A DNA stretch of 64,000 nt from Flectonema sp. DT1601 (lineage: Eukaryota). The translations under genes were made by a program, and so were the position numbers. A model generated the notes under the pieces. The model was not told where the DNA came from. It saw nothing but the letters and a program-made list of their open reading frames with translations, and did no database searches. Shown piece after piece: positions 1 to 11,667 of the stretch (positions are counted from its first letter, which is position 1; the number at the start of each line of letters is the position of its first letter). The stretch lies in the NCBI GenBank assembly GCA_964019425.1, contig OZ025792.1, forward strand, positions 310,001 to 374,000, written 5' to 3'.

Positions 1-465
1 TAGGAGTATCCCCATGAGGTGGTACATTTGTTGATAACAACTCTTTCATAAACATGTGCAGTTACCATGACACAAGCTACAGGGTTATGATATAATTATA
101 ATTTCTTTCAACATTGTTAGGGCAGTTAGTCAGTTAGAGAGGTACAACCTACGGGAACCTGTTAGCACAAGGTTTTAAATCTTCACTTCAGCCCCGTTGT
201 AATAATCCCCTAACCACACAAACTAATCATTCGCTTCACGTTACAAGCAGCAGCAGAGTGGCACAATACTCAAAATAGGAGGGAATGTTGCCGACGAGTT
301 TTACAAGAAAAGAAAGCTATCCAAGTTGTCCTACTACTAGAGTGTGATACTCAATGCGCTTTGATAGAAGCCAAATAAACTTTCGGATTAAGCAGCTGAT
401 GCGGCAGTTCACACCGTCGAGTCTTGGCTCGCGGGTGTTATTCACATTTTGGGGCACGAATGACG

Positions 466-497
<32 letters not shown>

Positions 498-1086
498 ACA
501 AAAATCTTCGTTCAGTAGGACTCTAAGGAGTCTGTTGTAAAAACGACACAACTTGTGCTATAAATAGTTTCTGATCACACGGATCAGAAACTACTTTTTT
601 TTCGCACTACCCTCCCAAAACTCTGAGAACGCGTCACAATATTGGTTATATTTCTTTTTTAATTGGCAAGCTCACTTTGCACTCAGCAACCTTTTTATGT
701 TGCCTGCTGATCTTTTCTATTCAGAAAAGTGAATGACTTATCATTTAATTGTAAACAACTAAACGTCCAATAAACAAACAAAATGACGACTGAGGAGCAG
801 AAATCACACACAGTTTGAGTAAAAAGAAAACGCGGGGTTTAATTGCTACGACTAGCTATTGCTGTAAAAAAAATAAGAAAAGAAACAATAAAACAAGTAT
901 CTCCGACAGTCGCAGAAAAAGCGGTTGACAGATACCGTCTTCTTCTAATCTCGTTTGCGGTGCAATAGCAAAGAAATTTACGAAGCGGCCTCTTCCAAAA
1001 AAAAAAAAAAAATAAAAATAATAGCGGGGGGAAACACTAACAGAGAGGTACGTAATAAAGTAGTTAGAATCCATAACAACGCTTTC

Positions 1087-1117
<31 letters not shown>

Positions 1118-2123
1118 ATCTGAAAAAAAATACCCAGTGACTAAACATACTTAACAAATGATCCAACCGCTCTACAAACGGAAGAACAATTAGTTCAGTT
1201 TTATTGGTCCATGCACAAAGTACAGGTGACCGCGGGGAATGACACTTGAGGTTGCCAAAGACCGCAGATGACCTTACAGCATGACAACAGCTATCATATA
1301 AAAAAAAAAAAAAAAAAAAAAACGACAGAAACAAGTACGAAAAAAGAACTTTACAAGAAACTAACAATAGTTGTTTCCATTAAGTTAGTCACACTGAAAC
1401 TGGGGGAGAGCAATACTCGTTAGTTGTAACATTCATTTGATAAATACAGAAAAAAACAATGTAGAAAAGAATATCAAAAAAGCGACAAGCACAGTAAACT
1501 AAATTCTATGCATGAAAAATAACATAATTATTTTGTGCGATGAAACTAATTATGAGTTTTTAAAAAGAAAATTAAAAACTAACGTATTACACTTTATGCC
1601 GAACATGAACCGAACATGAAACGGGCACGAAAGGAAATTACATTTTTTTTTGGGGGGGGAGAAACGTAAAGGAGGAAGGAGAAAGAAGAAAAAAAAAACA
1701 GACAAAAAAAAAAAAGTATTCCTTTAATTCCATTCAATCAAAACTACTGTAATTATTAATAGTTTTGCTAAACGTTTCAAAAAGTTTTTCTTTTTTTTCT
1801 TTCCCCCTTGAAGATAAGGACCTCTCCTTAAAACGGTTGTTCTTTTTGAAACCGAATTTTAACAATAATCGTAGTGTGAAAGAAGAGTTCCCTGAAGAAA
1901 AGAGGCGGGAAATCTTAAACACCTTCGAAAACCTTTAGACCCTAAAAAGACAATATACTTAGAATATACATAACGTTCATGATATCCCCCAAGCTGTAAG
2001 CTCATTGTCCTCATCTTTATCGAGACAGATAGGGACCATCCAAGTCGGTGGCTACGAGAGTAAGACTCTCACAGTTCTTGAGTCCCAACTTACTTTTTTG
2101 TTTCATCTTGTAAGCCACAGATA

Positions 2124-3674
2124 TTAAGAGTCGTCTATTCCATCAGCGAATGATCGACGAAGGCAGTCAGGTGACAAGATTGAAGCAGCTTCACGACCGA
2201 AGCTCTGCCCCGACACAGTTCCAGCATCTACATCAGGAAAGGCTGATTCATTTCGAATATCGCTGTCGATTGTAAAGGTAACCAATTTTTCAAGTCGTTC
2301 GCAGTTAGCTAAAGCATCTTCGTAATCCTTACCATTGGCACAAAGCCATCCAAGAGCAGCGAATGATTCTGGAGGAAGTCCAACGCGATCACCCTCACTG
2401 AGGTAAAGTGTAGCTCCAACAAAAGACTCATCATTAATAACTTCTAAAGGAACCTCTTGGAACATAAGTGTACCCGCTACTTGTGGTCTGAAGTTAGTCG
2501 AAGCAACCTGTAACTGTTTCGTTGGAGGATAGCACTGCATGGCTTCTAAACCGCAAGCAACGCGAACATATTGTTCCGCTAAATTAACTCCCCAGGCTGT
2601 TCTGTTAAGACATTCTGTTTCAGCAGCTCCAATCCGAAGGTTTACTTCGATAACAAAACTTGCTTTTCTATTGAAATCATACTTCGCTTCGTAGTGAAGT
2701 GCTGAGTTTATTTTAGTACCATGACTCTTTACGTACTTCTCTAACTGATTGTAAATATCAGCTTTCGCTGATTCAGGCAACTTACTCGGGGCAGCCCCTC
2801 CCATTTCACAGAAATATGGTCTGGTGGTTTGTTTATTGTCGCTAATACCAGCGTAGCAGATTTTACCATTCTGAACAATGCAGTCGACGTCGACTTCTTG
2901 ACCATCAATGAATTCTTCGATTTGTAGATGAACTGAAACACCAGTGTTTGCCCAATGTTTGATATCTTTTGAAGCATGAAGACCAGCAAAAGCCATGGCC
3001 GCATGTTCCTTTAATTCTGGAAGTGAATGTATTAACTTAACGAGCATTGAACCTGCTCCTGGTGAAGGTTTGCAAACTACTGGGAATCCAAGTTCCATTG
3101 AATCGAGACTTGGAATATCCTCAGGTGACATTAAAGTTGTGAATTTTGGTGATCTGATATCGTACTGCAGACAGTGCTGTCTGAATGTTGATTTTATGTT
3201 CGTCTTCCTCACAACATCAACAGGTCCAGGCGATGGCGTAGTATTAAAATGATCAGCTAGGCATGCTGATGGAAAGCAACCATATTCATCAAATGTGAGA
3301 ATACCATCTACACTGTCAATGGTTCCGTCTCCTTTCCATTCAGCTATTTTCTCAGACACGCAGCTTATCATGGTTGGGATGTTAGTTACTTCGCAATGAA
3401 TCCATTTAAATACGGCTGGTTCTGCGAAATTCTTCTCTGGATTAACCATTATGATTCTAACCCCAGCATTCTTAAGCATCATGTACGCAGCAATCCTTGA
3501 GTACGATCCAGTTAATACAAACATGATTGTCTTTCCAGCAAGTTCTCCTATCTTATCACTGGCCTTAGGTAAAATTCTCATCGACGGTGATGTTGGTTCA
3601 AAAAATGAATCTAAGGAGTCAGCAGTAATTGCTTCCTCGCTTAGTTGAGCTACTGCTTGTTGCAGGATCGTCAT
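2124..3674 (-). CDS. ATP-grasp ligase (carnosine synthase / L-amino-acid ligase-like), 516 aa
   Basis: Long ORF with ATP-grasp motifs: FPVVCKPSPGAGS, IEEFIDGQEVDVD, HYEAK and VIEVNLRIG. Confidence 0.85.
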   Translation of the reverse strand: MTILQQAVAQLSEEAITADSLDSFFEPTSPSMRILPKASDKIGELAGKTIMFVLTGSYSRIAAYMMLKNAGVRIIMVNPEKNFAEPAVFKWIHCEVTNIPTMISCVSEKIAEWKGDGTIDSVDGILTFDEYGCFPSACLADHFNTTPSPGPVDVVRKTNIKSTFRQHCLQYDIRSPKFTTLMSPEDIPSLDSMELGFPVVCKPSPGAGSMLVKLIHSLPELKEHAAMAFAGLHASKDIKHWANTGVSVHLQIEEFIDGQEVDVDCIVQNGKICYAGISDNKQTTRPYFCEMGGAAPSKLPESAKADIYNQLEKYVKSHGTKINSALHYEAKYDFNRKASFVIEVNLRIGAAETECLNRTAWGVNLAEQYVRVACGLEAMQCYPPTKQLQVASTNFRPQVAGTLMFQEVPLEVINDESFVGATLYLSEGDRVGLPPESFAALGWLCANGKDYEDALANCERLEKLVTFTIDSDIRNESAFPDVDAGTVSGQSFGREAASILSPDCLRRSFADGIDDS

Positions 3675-3873
3675 TTTTTACGATTCCTTGTTTTTTTTTT
3701 TTTTTTTTTTTAAAATCTATCTAAAATGGAGAAATGAGTTACTATTCTGGCCAACACAAACACAAAAAAAACACATCAAATATTCTTCGTACTAAATAAA
3801 AAAAAAAAGAAGAGATTTAAAAAATAAAAAAAACCGTAACGAGAAAAACCCGTATGCCAACACATAAATGCAC

Positions 3874-4235
3874 TTAGTGTGGATCACTCTTCTTGTTATT
3901 CTCGTTCTGTACGATGGGTTTTGGTGGTGCATCAGCCAGTGTTAGTTCGTCCTCGGGATTGTCGGAAGCTTCTGGTATGTCTTTGGGTTTGAACATATCA
4001 AAACCCTGCTTCCCACTTGTAAAGTCATACATGTTCATTGTAAAATACTGTAATGAGATAAAGTAAATCACACAATTCTTATACCTAAGAGACAAAAAGG
4101 GAACCCGACTTGTTAAACAACTAAGTCACCCATAACACACCAAGGAAGAAAACAGTCAGGATAGCACCTTGAGTTACATAAAAAAATGTTTTTTTTTTTT
4201 TTTTTTTTTTCCCCCTTCTGTTTCCTTCTTCCCAT
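3874..4235 (-). CDS. Putative small single-pass membrane protein, spliced; 5' end uncertain
   Basis: Exons 4130-4167 and 3874-4047 join across GTGACT...TTACAG (4048-4129) to read GAILTVFFLGVLW|YFTMNMYDF...SDPH*. The first exon is ambiguous: ATG 4235 (MGRRKQK) or an exon ending at 4248. Confidence 0.45.
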
Positions 4236-4798
4236 CTTAAGAATCACCTTCCACAATGGATTCACTTGTGAACCAATTGATGAGTGAAGAGAAAAAAAAC
4301 AATAATTAAAAAAAAAAAAAAAAAAAAAAAAAAGGAAGAAGAAATCGAAATTACCTAGCAAAATCGCAGGGGGGGAAAAAAAAGAGTATCGGGCTCGGTG
4401 CGTTGAGTTTGTATCAAAAATAAAGTAAGAAATGTTAAGATAGCTTGTGAGGAATCACAGAAGCCACCTTTAAGAAAAAGTTCTGAACGATCAGATCAAA
4501 AGTTGATCATCTTAATAAGATATTTGCGAGAAGTCACCTTCATTTGACTAAAAGTTCGAAGCGAAGACAACAATTTGAAAAAAGAGGAAACAAAAAAAAA
4601 AAAACGATAGTTATTTTTCTTGAAGAATTCAGAAAAAAGGGGAAAAAAAAAAAAAAAAAAAAAAAAAGACAACTTTCTGTACGTGACCTCATCTACTGTG
4701 TTGGTGCAACTGCAACGAAAAAGTGTCAAAGCAACACATGCCCGTAATTAGACTCGAGTCACATAGACTTGACTGCACATATAGTAATTTACTTTACA

Positions 4799-6111
4799 TT
4801 AAACACGGTTAGCCCACTCAGTGGACTTAGCCATTAACTCTTTTATTAAATCTGTTTCTCTCTGATCAAACGAAGTACCGTTTGACCAGAAGATGTCGTG
4901 ATGCCACATTTCTGGTTTTGCTGTGAATTCAGGCTCTTTCCACGACTCCCACGGATACTGTTTTTTTTTTTTTTTTTTTTTAAAGTCAGGAAAGACATAA
5001 AAAAGTTTTATACACATACAGAAGTCTGAGATTTTCCGTCAACAAGCCCCCAGTTGACAGCGCCAATTCCCATTTCTTTAAGAACCGGTAATACGGTTAA
5101 CAGTTTAGAACCGTATCCCCTAGCCATGTATTCCGTGCATATTATCGGTCGCTTGTATTGCAGCAGTCGAGAAGCATACTCCCTGATGTCATCTGCGCTA
5201 TCGTAATTATGAAAAGTAATTATATCAGAAGACTCGATTAAAAGTTTAGTGAATTTCGCATCCCAAGTGTTCTTGTTGTCCTCTGGTGTCATTGATCCCC
5301 ATATAGCTCCAGTGATTGGTTGAACAGGTTGGACTGAACGAGCCCATTCAAAAGTCTTTGCTAATAACTTAAACACTTGCTTGCTCTTTGTATGTGGGTT
5401 TGCACCTTCTGGAATTGGAGATTCCTTTACTTTGTGAGGAATAAGTTCAAAGTCCAAACCAACGTTATTTGGTTCGTTGTAGACGTCCCAAAACAGAATT
5501 CTGTCGTCTTTTTTGAATCGATCAATTGTGTTTAAAACATATGCACGCAGCTCATCCCAACGGGACTCATTAAACAGTAATTTATAATCTGGTGATTGTA
5601 ACCAACCTGGGTTGTGTGTATGTGGAATTGGTGTTGGTTGTGTTCCTAGGCTACTGACACCCCTCCAGCATGCATCAAACAAAACTATAATCGGTTTGAT
5701 ATTATTACGTTTACAGATGTCTAAGAATTTATCAACTCTGTCTAGGAAAGCTGATTCCTCGGAGGTGTACATCTTATCGTGGAGAAAGACTCTCATGGTG
5801 TTCATTCCAGCTTGGTTTGCCCATCCAAGTTCCTTATTAATCTGTTCTGGATCCCAAGTTTCTGCCTGCCACATTTCAAGTTGATTTATAGCACTGGCTG
5901 GAGCATAGTTACCTCCAACAACCCAACCATGTTCAATTTGCCAACGCCATGCTTCTTCTTCTGACCATCTGCCTGGTACAGATGATGGCACACCTGCCCC
6001 TAACTCCTCTAACACAACAACATTCCGTCCTTGAGTCATATATAAATAACATAGGCCTACAAGTATTGCTGCCAATATTGGTTTAACTGCTCCACGACGT
6101 GCGCGTATCAT
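4799..6111 (-). CDS. GH5-like glycoside hydrolase with N-terminal membrane anchor/signal; 2 exons (5020-6111, 4799-4957)
   Basis: AINQLEMWQ, acid/base WDVYNEP and nucleophile ICTEYMAR motifs. The intron GTATGT...AAACAG (4958-5019) restores GKSQTS|YPWESW...WHHDIF in frame. Confidence 0.88.
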
Positions 6112-6668
6112 TTTGAGTTTAGGGTACTGTGAGAGAGAAATGTGATAGCATAAGTATGATGCTGACTTGTAAAACAAAGAAAAAAAAAAAAAAACTTAGT
6201 TTTCAGAAACGTGTACAGATCGCTGCAGTATTTTATTTTATAAAGAGGATGAAAGGTGGGGGGTTTTTTTTTCTCTAGATTTGCTAGAAAGTAATAAGCA
6301 GTGCTAATCTTAGTTTTTTTTTTTCTACAGTTGCTTAAAAGTAAGAAAGAACAGACATAACTCTAATCTCTACCTTACTTTGAATGATTGTACAGTAACG
6401 ATTACTCATCATAAATAGATAACTATTATACTAGTCATCAAGGAAGATAGTAGCACCGGACCCAAAAGGTTGTTTATAAAACATAATTGGGAGAGAGGAG
6501 AGGGTTGGTTGGGTTCTTTGTTTTCCTTTTTTTTTGCTCAAAATCATGATTATACGGGCTTCCCTTTTACCAAAAAAAAAAAAAAAAAAAAAAACCGGAT
6601 AGATATATAGTCCCCCCGATAATCCACACGAGTATCTGTAAGCAGCTACTCAGTCAGTTGCTTACGAA

Positions 6669-6705
6669 AGTTAGTTTCGTCAATAAAAATTGACGGAAAC
6701 TAACT
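6669..6705. promoter_or_regulatory. 16-bp stem-loop in the putative 3' UTR of the amastin-like gene
   Basis: AGTTAGTTTC-GTCAAT / AAAA / ATTGAC-G-GAAACTAACT, one bulge; flanked by smaller hairpins at ~6641-6662 and ~6702-6723. Confidence 0.45.
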
Positions 6706-6759
6706 AGTATATGTTTACTAGTTTATGCATAAAGAACAGTAACGCTACTAATAAATTTA

Positions 6760-7530
6760 TTATTCTTCTGTCATTGGTTCAGTGTCTTCTGCGGGTTTAG
6801 GATCGTTGAGGGAACCTGAGAATACGACAGTGATTATATTCAGTAATCCAAATATGATTGTGATTATCATGAAAGGCATTCCATATCCAAGTTGGAATAT
6901 GTCTTTCATCGCCAGTGAGTACGACTGACCATTCCCCTTTGAAAGAGGAAACTCACTGCAAGTAAAAGAGTCGTTATAAAGTGATCCAGACGCTCCAAGA
7001 GCGATAAATAAAAATCCCGTCGACGTCGCTAAAAATCCAAGACAGATACGAGCATATTTCTGTCCTCCACCTTTTGATATTCCAATAACAGATGTACAAA
7101 CATAACCAATAACTGTGAGTAAAACAATTATACAGCTGCTTATTACTACTTTGCCTCTCATTTGATGATCGTCGCAACCGTACAGTTGAGTAAAGTGAGA
7201 TTTGTGTTCGGCGCTGATTCCCTTCTTGATGTATTCGTTGAATCTTTTACCTTCCCCCCAGGAATTTGTAAATGTATCTTTATAAATTCCAATGCCGTAC
7301 GGATATCCAATAAACGGAAGTTTCTTCATTTCGAAGAGTCCCTCTGTTCCAATCACTTTATCCTCATCTTTCATCTGCAGTAATGCGTTGCCATCAGTCA
7401 CAGCAGCTGCCAGCAACACTGCAGACAGTAAACCAGTAATACAGCACACAACATATCCTATAGTCGCTTTCCTTTCTGATTCGGGGACGGAATCCGCTGT
7501 CAGTCCCTTTTGTTTTTTTTTGTCAGGCAT
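6760..7530 (-). CDS. Amastin/claudin-like four-TM membrane protein, 256 aa
   Basis: Four hydrophobic segments with Cys in the loops and a F.LGYG motif before TM4; paralogous to 11668-12498. Confidence 0.7.
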   Translation of the reverse strand: MPDKKKQKGLTADSVPESERKATIGYVVCCITGLLSAVLLAAAVTDGNALLQMKDEDKVIGTEGLFEMKKLPFIGYPYGIGIYKDTFTNSWGEGKRFNEYIKKGISAEHKSHFTQLYGCDDHQMRGKVVISSCIIVLLTVIGYVCTSVIGISKGGGQKYARICLGFLATSTGFLFIALGASGSLYNDSFTCSEFPLSKGNGQSYSLAMKDIFQLGYGMPFMIITIIFGLLNIITVVFSGSLNDPKPAEDTEPMTEE

Positions 7531-8860
7531 ATTATGAAAATGTGAGTGACTGTGACTGTGTGATAATGATAAAAATAAAATACAACGAATTTAATTTCTC
7601 TCGTTTTTGTTTTCAATTGAGGGAAACACCTGGATAAAAAAGTAAAGGTTTTTATCAACCAAAAAAAAAAAAAAAAAAAGAAGTAATAAAAAGACTTCAA
7701 ACGTCAATGCAACACTTTCATGTGTCATGGAGTCTTTTTTTTTTTTTTTTTATTGAATTTCTTTTTGTAGAATTTGATAGCCCACGTCACCTTGCGGTGC
7801 CGAATAGACTTAAGACTAAAGAGTGTCTGCCTTTTTTTTCACACTACACAAAGGCTACTACTACGGAGTAACAGAAAACAGAGGGAAGAAAGGAAAAAAA
7901 GAAAAAAAAAGAAATTACCTCAGCAATACAAGTAGGGATTGGTTCTTTTTTTCTTTCTCAGAAAAAAAACAAAACAAAGATGAAAAAGAAACGGCTAAAT
8001 GCAAGAAAGGAAACACACTTAAAAAAAAAAAAAAATGATGACGAGCATATCCTACTTCAGCCACGTCCTTCAGACGAGATTAGGAACTCTCAGTTTGAAC
8101 GAGGAAACCAATCGCAACGTTTATCAGGTTCAAGAACGACTATAGGCTGTATTGCAAAAAGAAGAAAATACACGCAAGGGGGTTAACTGTTTGAGCATAC
8201 TCATGCTGATCCAGTTGACTAAAGGCAATATTAGTATAGGTAAACACACTGCGAATGTCGTAAAGACTCTACATTATAATCAAACTTCTTTTATTATATC
8301 TCTTTTTACGTGTTGTCAGTGAAGTACGAAATCGAATTACTCAGTTATTTAAATAAGTGTGAGTCCTGTGAAATCAAAATCAGGAGTGTAGGTTTTACCT
8401 ATCAACTACTTGTCAAGATATAATTAAAAAAGATATGGCTAGTTTCCGTAGCCCACTACTAACGTAGCACTCACCTTAAAATAAAATAAGGCAGTGTTGT
8501 CCTGAACTCAGTTGGGGGTTCAATTGGTTGATGTTGTAAATATAAAAGCACAACTTTATTAGATCACTAACATAGAACGATAATTTAATATCCGTTAAAG
8601 AAACAGTGTGCCTGTTGAATAGAGGGGAACCTTATTATTTACTAGAAATAGGGAATTACACATCAGGATCTGTACAGATGCGACCGCCTAATATGAAAAT
8701 TTGTCAATTTTTTCTACAACACTCGGCACTTAACCATAAAAGGAAATGCCACGTGTGAACACTAATTCATTTTTTTTTGTTTTTTTTTTTGCACGAAAGA
8801 AAGAATATGTGTTTTTTGCTGCCAACATTATTTTTGTTTCATTTCAGATAAAGACAAAAT

Positions 8861-8891
<31 letters not shown>

Positions 8892-10830
8892 CTGTATTCG
8901 CAGAAAGCAATAACGAGCAAGTAAACATAAGATGGGGAATCCACATATAGAGTCAATCAACTTCTTTAAAAAAAAAAGGGAAAGAAAGAGATCGCAGCAT
9001 ACCTTTCATATTGTAACCCCCCCTTTAACCGTTACCGATACAGAGACAGAAGACCTATAAATTAAAACTCACGCAGCTTTTCAACTGAATTTATTTTCAG
9101 AGCTGAGTGTTCAAAGAAAGTCTCCTGAATTAGTATCTGAGATATAAAGTGCGGGTACAAACACCTACTGATAAGCAAAAGCGATTTTCATTGACTACCA
9201 CATGAAGATTGACTGGAACACCAACACGAAACAAGTAGTAGTTATTTTTTTTTTTCCCTCTTTTTGTTTCTCACTACAATTAAAACTGATTACCATCAGT
9301 TATAAAGAAAAAAACAGCTACCATTGGATTGGCGTCTTTCTTGATATACACCTCTTTTTTTTTTTTTTTTTTTTTTTTCGTAAAAAAATAAAAAAAAAAA
9401 CAGAAGCAAAAGAACACAGTATCAAACTAGATCCTCAGCTTATTCTTCAGAATGGAATCGTTGTAAGTAATGTGAAAATTTTCCGTTTGTTATTTACCCA
9501 GCAGCACTATCAAGGATAACGAGGCGGGCGCAAGTGCCAAAGCAAAAAGGGGAATACGAGGAGCTCTGGCAAAGTGATCACCACGTTCTAGTTTAATTAT
9601 GATCACCTGAAGAATACAATTCAATAGAAAAAGGTTTTGTCTTGTCATGCCAGATAGACAGATATGGAGAATTATTTTTTCACATCTTTTTTTTTTTAAG
9701 ATTTACATTTTCTTACAACAACCGACCCCCCACCCCGAAAAAAAAACTCGGAAATAGTCAAAATTATGTTAAGATTCTTATTGATATCGTGAATGGGAAA
9801 GGAAATCATAAAACCCCGCTAATCAACTAACGAATAAAGTTATGTATTGAAGTCAGAGAAGTCAAGCTCAAGCAAAGTATTCGTTCTCAATATATATCCG
9901 TGAGACAGGGCTCACAGGTGAGGAGACTTATACTTCCCTTAAGGTAATCACTACTAAGACGCGCATGTACGAAGCAGATAGTGTCAGTGAGACCTTCTTT
10001 TTCGTTCGGCTTTTTATTTTATTTTTTCTACAAGGTTTCTGTTCACACAGTGGGAATAGGATGAATACGAAACAAAACTGAAAAACACAGGGGGGGGAAG
10101 AAGATTCTTGAAAAATCTACAATCTGCATGGGAAGGGGGGGATTCAAAGCAAAGTAATCTTCCGCAGATCAGATAAGATGTCGGTAGTGATTTCTATTAT
10201 TTTTGGGGACAGAATCAAGGAACCAATCGAGACACCAAGTAAATCTTGCTAGGAAACTTCGTTTATGGTCACAGGGAGGGGCTTCTTATTGACTAATTTT
10301 AAATTTTTTGGTTTTTTTTTTTTTTTCCCTTTCTTGTTCCACGATACACTACAGAAGAAAGAAAAAGGAAATATAAAAAAAAATCTTTGGAAACCCCCCC
10401 CCTCTCTCCTTATTATATTAATACTAGTCATAAAGACAAAAACCATTCAGAGTAGCCTTATATTTCGTTGAACTATAAGGAATATCGGCTTTCAATCTGA
10501 ATAGTTTCTTCTCCGACTACATCGGTGACAACAAAAGAAAAAAAAAAAAAAAACTAAAATGATTCCATATTCTTACTTATAATCATACGTGTTTCTTTTT
10601 GTTTATGTGCGTATCAACAATTTTTTTTTTTTTTTTTTTAAAGTTATTGCAACACTGTTGTTAAAAGTAAACAAACAATACATTTTAATTTTGGATTGAT
10701 GCAGAACGTTGTGTTATGCTATAGCGATGATCATTCTCGTCAGAGGATTATTACTCCGAGAGTAACATCCCTACTCGTCAAAGATCAACAACAATGAAGT
10801 GAGAAAAAAAAAAAAAAAAAAAAAAAAGTA

Positions 10831-10968
10831 TTGGCCGTTTTATTAAACTATCTAGCTAAAACAGTAATATAACACAATACATGTTTTGTTTGTGTCACGA
10901 AAACCCGTCAACCGACTTGAACTGATAAAAGTTAATGGAAGTTTATGTGTATTGTAATGCAAAAAGAA
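10831..10968. repeat. Diverged copy of the ~165-bp repeat unit found in the helicase intron
   Basis: TTGGC..TTAAACTAT..ATGTTTTGTTTGTGTCACGAAAACCCGTCAACCGACTTGAACTGATAAAAG..GTTTATGTGT aligns collinearly with 37092-37154 plus 38247-38340. Confidence 0.7.
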
Positions 10969-11667
10969 GAGAAAAAAAACGAATATAAATTCATTAATTT
11001 ACTTATTAGATTTTTTTTTTTTTTTTTTTCAGCGACGCCCATAAGAAATTACTGGCTCAATATGGGGCGCAAATTTTTTTTTAAAAGTGTCTTATGCATT
11101 ACGTCTAATGAGAGCATAATACAATAGGATTAGGAAAGTAGAGATACCAAAGTGATATCTTGATGGGCCAATGTAATTCCATAATAAGCCAATGTTTTCT
11201 AGATTTCAGCCACTTATAGAGCCCATGTTACGAGTTGTATTGTAGGGATGTTTTTTCTATTTTATTTTTTTTGATAATTGTCAAATATTGTTTTTTTTTT
11301 TAGTTGTTTTTTTTAAAGGTAAAAACAGAGATCAAAAGCTCTGGGTAAGAGGAACACCAAAGACGTTTTGGGGAGTAGTAAGATGTTTTTTTTTTTTTTT
11401 TTTTTTTTCCTTCCCTAAAAAAACCACAAACAAAGCAAATAACAAGACCAAGAGGCTACCAAGGATTAACATCCAGCCATTTTTAACATAAACACGCAGT
11501 GAGGAAGCAGCGAAGGGGTGCAAAAAAAAAGAGAACTGGAAAACAACCAAAAATTAGTAAGGATCCCATCTGAAGAAGTAATCCAGCATGAATGTTGTCC
11601 AAGAATCAGGTACCGCCTATCACTCAGAAGAATTAATTAAATGATTCCAAAGTACACTCAGAAGTGT

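Noticed and set aside
411..438. Isolated hairpin ACACC..CGAG..CTCG..GGTGT
   Set aside because: Short, single and without context.
8035..8210. ATGATGA...CTGA as a plus-strand C/D snoRNA
   Set aside because: Opposite to the cluster strand, boxes far apart and no terminal stem.
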